The notes under the pieces: model-generated | What the model was told of the DNA's origin: nothing | What the model saw: only the letters and a program-made list of their open reading frames with translations | The model's database searches: none | NCBI RefSeq assembly: GCF_009914755.1 | Contig: NC_060928.1 | DNA length: 64,000 nt | Source of the DNA: the human T2T-CHM13v2.0 reference genome, Homo sapiens | Strand: one strand, 5' to 3' | Translations under genes and position numbers: made by a program | Shown here: piece after piece, positions 57,009 to 64,000 of the stretch | How positions within the stretch are numbered: the stretch's first letter is position 1 | Layout: each line of letters opens with the position of its first letter

Positions 57009-58469
57009 GTAGGATGAGAAAATCCAAAGAACAAAAATCAACTCGTAATGAAAGTTAAGTGAGTAAAGAGCGTCCTGTGGGAGCAGAATGTCGCCTTTGA
57101 GTAGGAAGGCCTCTAGATGAAAAGAGTCCAGCTGAGCCAAGACAAACGCCATTCAGCTCCGAACCCATCTTTAAGTCTTTAGTTTTTTTCTAAAAGCTGG
57201 CAAGGATATGAGCGTGTTGAACTGTATCTTCAGGGTAAACACAGGATAAAAAGCCAGGACTGTCCTATCTGCAACTCAGCTAAGAATTCTAGACTAGGGC
57301 CCAAGACTATAGGCATGGGATAAGATTCTGGAAAGTTATAACTTCCTTGTATTATTTCTCTCGCTATCTCTTTTTTTTAATTTATTACTTAGTATCAAGA
57401 TTCTTAAAAGTAAGTAGGCACATACACTCAGGGGCAGAAGCAAAGGTGAGCCTGGGAGACTGAATTCCATTTTGCCAGGAGCCTTGAGGAAAACTGTACC
57501 CCTGCAGACGAGAGAAGGCAGAGGTAACTGATATTTACAGACAGGCAGGTTGAGGAGCAAGGCCCTCGGAAAACAAGAAAAAGAAGTTCTAGGATTTAAC
57601 ATATGTTCCCAGACAATGAGTTAATTCCATTCCACGAGGATTTTTAAGGCAGAATATAAAAAGGTAAAACATAGTCCATTTCTTCCAAGACCTTATATTC
57701 TACGGGTTAGGAGTAGGTTGGGGAAATTAAAATGATTAAGATAAATCTCCCTATGTAACAAACCTGTACATGTACCTCTGAACTTAAAAGTTAAAAAAAG
57801 ATATATCATGTGTTCTTGATATGTTCTGACTTAAGGAAGGGACCATATTGGAGTTGGGGGATGAATTGGTCTTTAAGGAGAAGGAAAGCATCTGGCATAA
57901 GCCTTAAGGAATGTTCTAGAGAAATGTTCATACAATGAAACATGGAAAGGACAGATGTACAGGTGTTCCACACAAAGAATAAGCCCAAGGAAGGCTGAGA
58001 CACAGTTAAGTGTTCAGTAAGCAACTGGTCTGGCAGAAGCACAGGCAGGATGGGTAAAGAGGAGGAACAGACAGTGTCCACACAGTCTGGTAGCCCAGCC
58101 ACTTCCAGAGGTCGCCAATGCCCTGCGGGCTCCAGTGCCCCTTCCTCTCTTCTGGGTTTCAGCCCCATGCATATACCTGTCCACTGAATGCTCCCACCTG
58201 AATGTCTCTGACACTTCAATCCCTCCTTGTTCACTAATCAAATGCCACATCCCCACCCCCCACACAGCCCCCTTCCCGCCTGCTATATGCCCAATTTTAA
58301 AGCTACAAGGAGTTGCATGAACTAGAAGCTACAAGTTATCCATGATTTACACCGCTTCTCCCCACAATCCTCTACATTCAACTGCTGGCAAAGAACTGAT
58401 GATTCTCCCTTCGAAGTGTCTTCTGTGTCCCATCTATATCCATCAGTACTTTCCTCATTGCAGGATCTC

Positions 58470-58680
58470 TTGGTTAAACTTCTGAATCATGGAGTTTGAA
58501 TCCCTGTTACTATCTGACTTTAGAGAAGTTACTTAGCCTTTTCATATATCAGTTTCCTGACTTGTTAAACAAGAATTATAAAAGTGCCTATTTCATGAGT
58601 TATCATGAAAATAATATACCACACAAAGCACTTAAAATAGTCACTGCTATGCAGTAAGGATAAAATGAATGGTAGCTGTT
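58470..58680 (+). mobile_element. MIR
   Basis: gagtttgaatccc...agaagttacttagcctt...tcagtttcct..cttgt.aaa...aaagcacttaaaatagt. Confidence 0.65.
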
Positions 58681-61600
58681 ATCGCTGTATTTCTGTGATT
58701 ATCATTATTACTATTATCATGTACTACTGCATATTATCAGTATAATTTCAATGGACTTGTAGCTAGTCTACCTGCCTCTACTAATACACCACTTCTAAAT
58801 CAAATGATTCTAACTTCAATTTAAAAGTTATTAAATTAAAAAAAAAAACTCTTACACAGACATCAATAGGTTAAAAAAAGAAAGAGAAACATTTTGGCTG
58901 AAATGAAGCTAAGGGGTATCCCTGGTGTTTCCCTCCATCTGTACCCGTCAGTGGTGTAGGGGGCACTCCATAGGAAACTGCGGCCTCTATGGCAGGCACT
59001 TAGGGCCCTGGGCCTCTTCAGAAGTTTCTCCATCTTCTGTAGAGCCTGCACAGTCATCCCCCTGAATCACAGATCTGATTATGACATCATCTGTTTAAAG
59101 GCCTTCTAGGGCCCTTCACTGCTTAAACTGTCAAGTCCGAGCTCTTATAAGCTCCATATTCAATGTGAGTTGAGCCAGTGTGGCACAGGGAGGGGAGATG
59201 GGCAGGCCAGAGCTCAAAGATGTGCTTAGCAAAACTTACAACCATTTCAGAAAAAGGAACCAAAGCTTGGTCAGAGGCATCTGACCTAATAACATTGGAT
59301 TATGTTTATTGGTGATTTTAGTTTCGGTGTTTTTATTATTGCCATGTATTGTTCCTATTATGGATGTGAAGGACAATATGCTTATGGTTTATTTTAACAA
59401 ATAAAAGAACTCAGAAGATTGGTCCTTTGCCTGCTTGTATCTCTCTTCACAAGTACAGACATATAGGTTGGTCCTGAATCACAAACACCATTGCTACAGA
59501 CATCCTCAACTATAGACAGTAGTCAGCATGCACCATCTCCTCTGCCTGCCAACCCTGGCTGATGTTTGGTCATGGGTGGTGGCAGGACTTCTGGCATATC
59601 TCCCCCATTACTTTTCTTTTAAGTCTTAGAAGGGAGTCTCATTTCTGTTTTTCTCTGGCTCCACTAATTTCATGTTCTATGACATCTACAGATCCATATA
59701 CCCCCTTCAACTCCCCATCAGTGTCCCACTCCTCTACCTATATCTGGAAAACATTCTATCCCTCTATACACATGGCTGATCGTCAGGGTAGTACCCTTTT
59801 ATCAAGCAAGACACTGCGGTTCTCAGGGAGAGTTAGATATGAGATATGAAAAGAACCAGGTTCTGGAAGCCCCCAAACCACAGCAGACACCTACAAATAC
59901 TCTTGAGAATCTTTAAAGAAGGATTTGCAGAGCAGGAGGTGCTTCAATTACATCTTATGAACAGAATGCCCAAAATTTTATGTTTTAAAAAACTGACTTA
60001 TCACACATTGGGAACATAGCCTTTTACATATGGGGGACTGAATATGGAAAATCAAAACATACTGAACATTGACATTTGCTCCTGCCCCAGTACCCAGATT
60101 CCTTCCCGTCCCCACAGAGAGGTGGTGCTGGGGCCTCAGATTGAGCCTCCAGTGGCGAACACCTCTGCCCACCCTTGATCTTTTTTCCAGGGGGAGGAAG
60201 CTCCAAGATGCTACATCACAGGCCTCTCTCCATCCCCTTTACTCAGTCTGCCTTCATTAGTACATTTGAGAAGAATTAATCTGGCTTGCCTGCCTCCACA
60301 TTGGCTTCATCCTTTTGTGGGAGAGCTCCCTCTGGGAGCAGGTGCTCAGCCTCCAGTCTTGGGGAGGCCTGTCCTGATCCAGCTGTTCCCTTGCCTGTAC
60401 CTAATCTGGGGGCTCAGATGACAGGCCCTTTTGGCTCTTATCACTAAATGATATATTTCAACTTATTTACTCCCAAATGTTGATGTTTTATCTTCCACCA
60501 GCCACTCCTTTGTTTTATAACTCAATTTGTTCAGAATCCGGGTGGGAAATGTGCTATTTTACAGGTCGCTTAGAGATGAAGAGAGACAAAGTTAACACCA
60601 GAGTCCCTGAGATTCAGATCTCACAAATACGGACCCATACAGAGTGAGCTCCTGAGCTTGAATCCTAAGAAAGGCCCTAAGGTTCCCCCCTCATCCCCCT
60701 TCCTCTGTATCTTGCTCCTTAATTCCTACTTTCCCAGATCTGGAGCTCATTAAAAGGCAGGGAACCCAGGGAATGTGGTCATTATGGGAATCCAAATGTT
60801 GATGACAGTGAAGGCATAGTTTAAACCCTCTTCTGGTGTTTTTGTTTTCCTTCTAAAAAACATTCTTGAACAAATTTCACCACTGAATCTTGTTTTCCTT
60901 TAAAACCTTATTTTTATGCTCCCTATGTTATGTGAAATGTTTTCTTTTTCATATCTTGAAGATACAAAGTATTTAAATAAAAGGGACAATAACTTATAAA
61001 AATCGTTTGATATTTATCACTCTCTGAATGATCTATTGCTTAATAATTTGTTATATGCCAGAGCCATTAATAAATCTGAGGGTTTGGTTGTTGTTGCTGT
61101 TCATTCAAACATGGGAACTATATGTTTCGTAGAGCACCAAACTGGCTGCAAGTACGTCTTCACTAACTACCCCGGTCGATACTCTAGAATAACCAGACCT
61201 TATGTACAATGTAAGTTTCCCTATTTAAAAAAAAAAAATCATTTATTTTCAGTATCAAAAAGGCAATTTCTCCAAATCCTTTTTAAAATTAACTTTGTGC
61301 TTAAATCTCTTTTTCATTTTTAAAGATCCATTTGTTGTCCTGCTGCAAGATTTTTTTTTTTTTTTAAGCAGTTGACAACTGCCCAGCAACAGCAGCCTGT
61401 GTTTGCAGTCACTATTTTGGGCTACATCACATGTCACTTACATAACCTTGTTTAACTGCTCTTGAACTGGTTCGAACAACCTGGGAAACAGATTAGAGCA
61501 GCCCCAGCAAATTCCCGCATTGCAGATTCTGATGGGCGATTTCCCTTCCCCCATCCCTCCCCCCGCCCCGCCCCCGTTCTTATAATGTCGCATGGTGAGT

Positions 61601-62304
61601 TAAGACGGTGTCCAACAAGAACTGGTTATTCATTGTTGGAGCCAACTAAAACATTCGATAATTAACTTCCTCTGCTCAGTTAAAACCAGTTTGGTCTGCC
61701 CATAATAAACCAATGAACAATGATCCCCTGCTGCTGAGGTTTATGAGTGGGCCTGGATTAACATGTTTTAAAATGCCAGGGGGAAAAAGAACTGACTTGA
61801 GAAGTAAGTACAGGTTGCCTTTGCCACCTTGAAGCACAAATCTTTTGAAATTATGTTTTTAGGATTCTAACATTTTAATTTAGAAGTCAGATTAGCATTA
61901 TTTTTTTTTCCTGTGGTGTTTCAAGAGTTCTTCCCATGTGGATAAGCACAAAATTCCCACATAAACATTCTTCTTGTTGTGAAAGGTGTTCGTTTTTCAT
62001 TTTTTAAAATGTACTTTTAATTATCATAAGAATTTTTATGTATATTTTAGTAAAAGATAATCAAAGATAATATTATATGACAAAATCCAAGTGATGTAAG
62101 ATTTTAACCTTGAGAAACACTTATTATGGTGCGCAGTAAGAAAAAGCAAGTAAGTTACTAACAAGGAACAAGGAACTTTTTTTTCAGGAGGAGTGACTTA
62201 CATTTCTCACACATTCAATACTAGGAATTTAACATAGCTGCACTTCACTATGCAAAAACATCTGTTATCTAGATAAACTAATACGTTATTCAGGGCAGTG
62301 GAAA

Positions 62305-62520
62305 GGGAACTAGCATTTGTTGAATTCCTATTATGTGACAGGTGCTTTACCAATCATACCTAATTTAAACCTTTAAAAATCCTATGGGGGGAGTCCTATG
62401 AGATTGGTCATATTATCCCCATTTTGTCAATTAAGACAAATTCGGAGTGGTAAAATTATGTGGCTAGCTTAGCTGGGATTCATACTTACAGCACTTTCAT
62501 TACAGCACTTACTCTGTCTA
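62305..62520 (-). mobile_element. MIR
   Basis: agcatttgttgaattcctattatgtgacaggtgcttta...tattatccccatttt...gctgggattcatac. Confidence 0.65.
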
Positions 62521-63469
62521 CGGTCCATCCATGTTAGAAGTATACTTAATATTCTTATACCAACAGGACAAAATGGTGCAGAAACAGAACCTCTGGAATG
62601 CAAGACATGTTTAGGCCACCTTAAAAAGGATAATTCAGACAAATACATCACTAACCACTCTGACACTGGGAAAAGAGAACCATATGAATTTGGTCGCACC
62701 TATAATTCTAATTACATCATACGTAGGATGCCAAATTTACATACTGCCTGATCCACCACTTTTTGCCTGATCTAAATATACCTCTAAACTCCAGACCTGG
62801 AAGCCAACATATGCACAGCCCTTGCAAGAATTTAAAAATCCTACATGCTGGGTTCTCAGTGATCAGATTTTTGCCCAACCAGCTAATCCCTCAAGACCTC
62901 AAAAGTAGAAATGAGGCCAGGATAGAGAGAAGGGACTGTTGTTCAGCCACTCTGGCTTCAAACTATTTGTTAAGATTTGAAGGTTTCAACACAGTTCAGT
63001 GGGTCCTTATTTGCCATCTCAGGCATAGCCCAGTTTCTGAACAACAATATAACTCTAGACCGAAATGAAACCCAGATGAGAGCAGATATTGGTAACAAAG
63101 GACAACTGAATCATAAACTTCTACCAACAATCTAAAATGTTTGCAAGAAAAGTATGAAATTATTTGATATGTGTTTGTTTTGCCACATGCACAAATATTA
63201 AATTAGACTAGTTTTGGGTCTATAATGCTATAATATATGCATGTGGTTCAAAATTCAAGATGTACTATAGGACATCTGGTGAAAAGGCTCTCTCTCTCCC
63301 CCTCTCCTATCCTCTAACCACCTAGTTTCCTTCCCCCAAGGCAAACCACTGTTATCAATTTCTCTGTATCCTTCCAGAGGTTTTTCTAGGATACATGTTT
63401 TTAACCACAGTAAATATGTTCTGTTTGTTAAGTTAGGCATTATTAATTCAATATGTCTGCTTGCTCTTT

Positions 63470-64000
63470 TATTAATTCAACAAATAATTATCGGGTGGCT
63501 ATTACATGCCAGTTACAGCACTGGGAAGAGAGATGAATAAGAGATCCCTGTCCTTTAGGGACTCATAATCCAGTGTGGGAGAGTGGCTCCTAAGCAAATT
63601 AAGCCCTGGGGCAAGAACGGCACATGAATAAGTGCTAAGAGAATACAGAAGAGAAAGTAACTATTTTCGCCTCAGAAATCAGAAAAGGCTTCACAGAAGA
63701 AATAACAATAGATTTGCATCTTGAGGACTGTTTTCTGGATGGAAAGGGAATTAGAAAGTCTTCCTACCCAGAGAAACACACTAAAAAAAAAATGTTGTCA
63801 GAAGGCATCATATATTTTGGGATGGGTGAGTTTTGTGGCTGGTGCACAGTGGGGTGTATGTGTAGAATTGAGAAAGAGCAAAACCGTGAGGACTTGTTAG
63901 ACCATATGACACAGTCTGGACATGAATCTTAGGCAATGGTGAAGCCAGTCCAGGTCTAATTTGTGTTTTGGGAGTTCACTCTAGTAGTTCAGTGGAAGAT
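63470..64000 (-). mobile_element. L2 3' portion running off the window
   Basis: attcaacaaata...tccctgtcctt.aggga.ctcataatccag...aaggcttcacagaaga...aggcaatgg.gaagcca...tttgtgttttggga..tcactct. Confidence 0.75.

Overview
This is primate, most likely human, genomic DNA lying wholly inside the mineralocorticoid receptor gene NR3C2, which is transcribed on the minus strand. Three coding exons can be read directly, each with canonical AG/GT boundaries. They are the second zinc-finger exon (52652-52768, 117 nt), the hinge/LBD-start exon (12480-12830, 351 nt) and the next LBD exon (10397-10541, 145 nt), conventionally exons 4, 5 and 6 (numbering from recall). The rest is intronic and dominated by interspersed repeats: Alus, L1s, L2/MIR/CR1 relics, MaLR and ERV1 solo LTRs, and MER DNA transposons. 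Almost all ORFs in the supplied track are repeat-derived or chance. I found no evidence of a new multi-gene system. The most interesting local observations are: a cryptic donor exactly 10 nt inside exon 5; a near-perfect GRE/MRE palindrome in intron 6; a perfect (G5T)3G5 quadruplex motif behind the hinge polyproline; a young antisense L1 about 385 nt from the exon 5 acceptor, with no TSD and an in-frame 42-bp duplication; a four-layer nested transposon stack containing a full-length sense L1PB; and a perfect 21-bp inverted repeat. Repeat subfamily names are from recalled consensus sequences and repeat boundaries are approximate.
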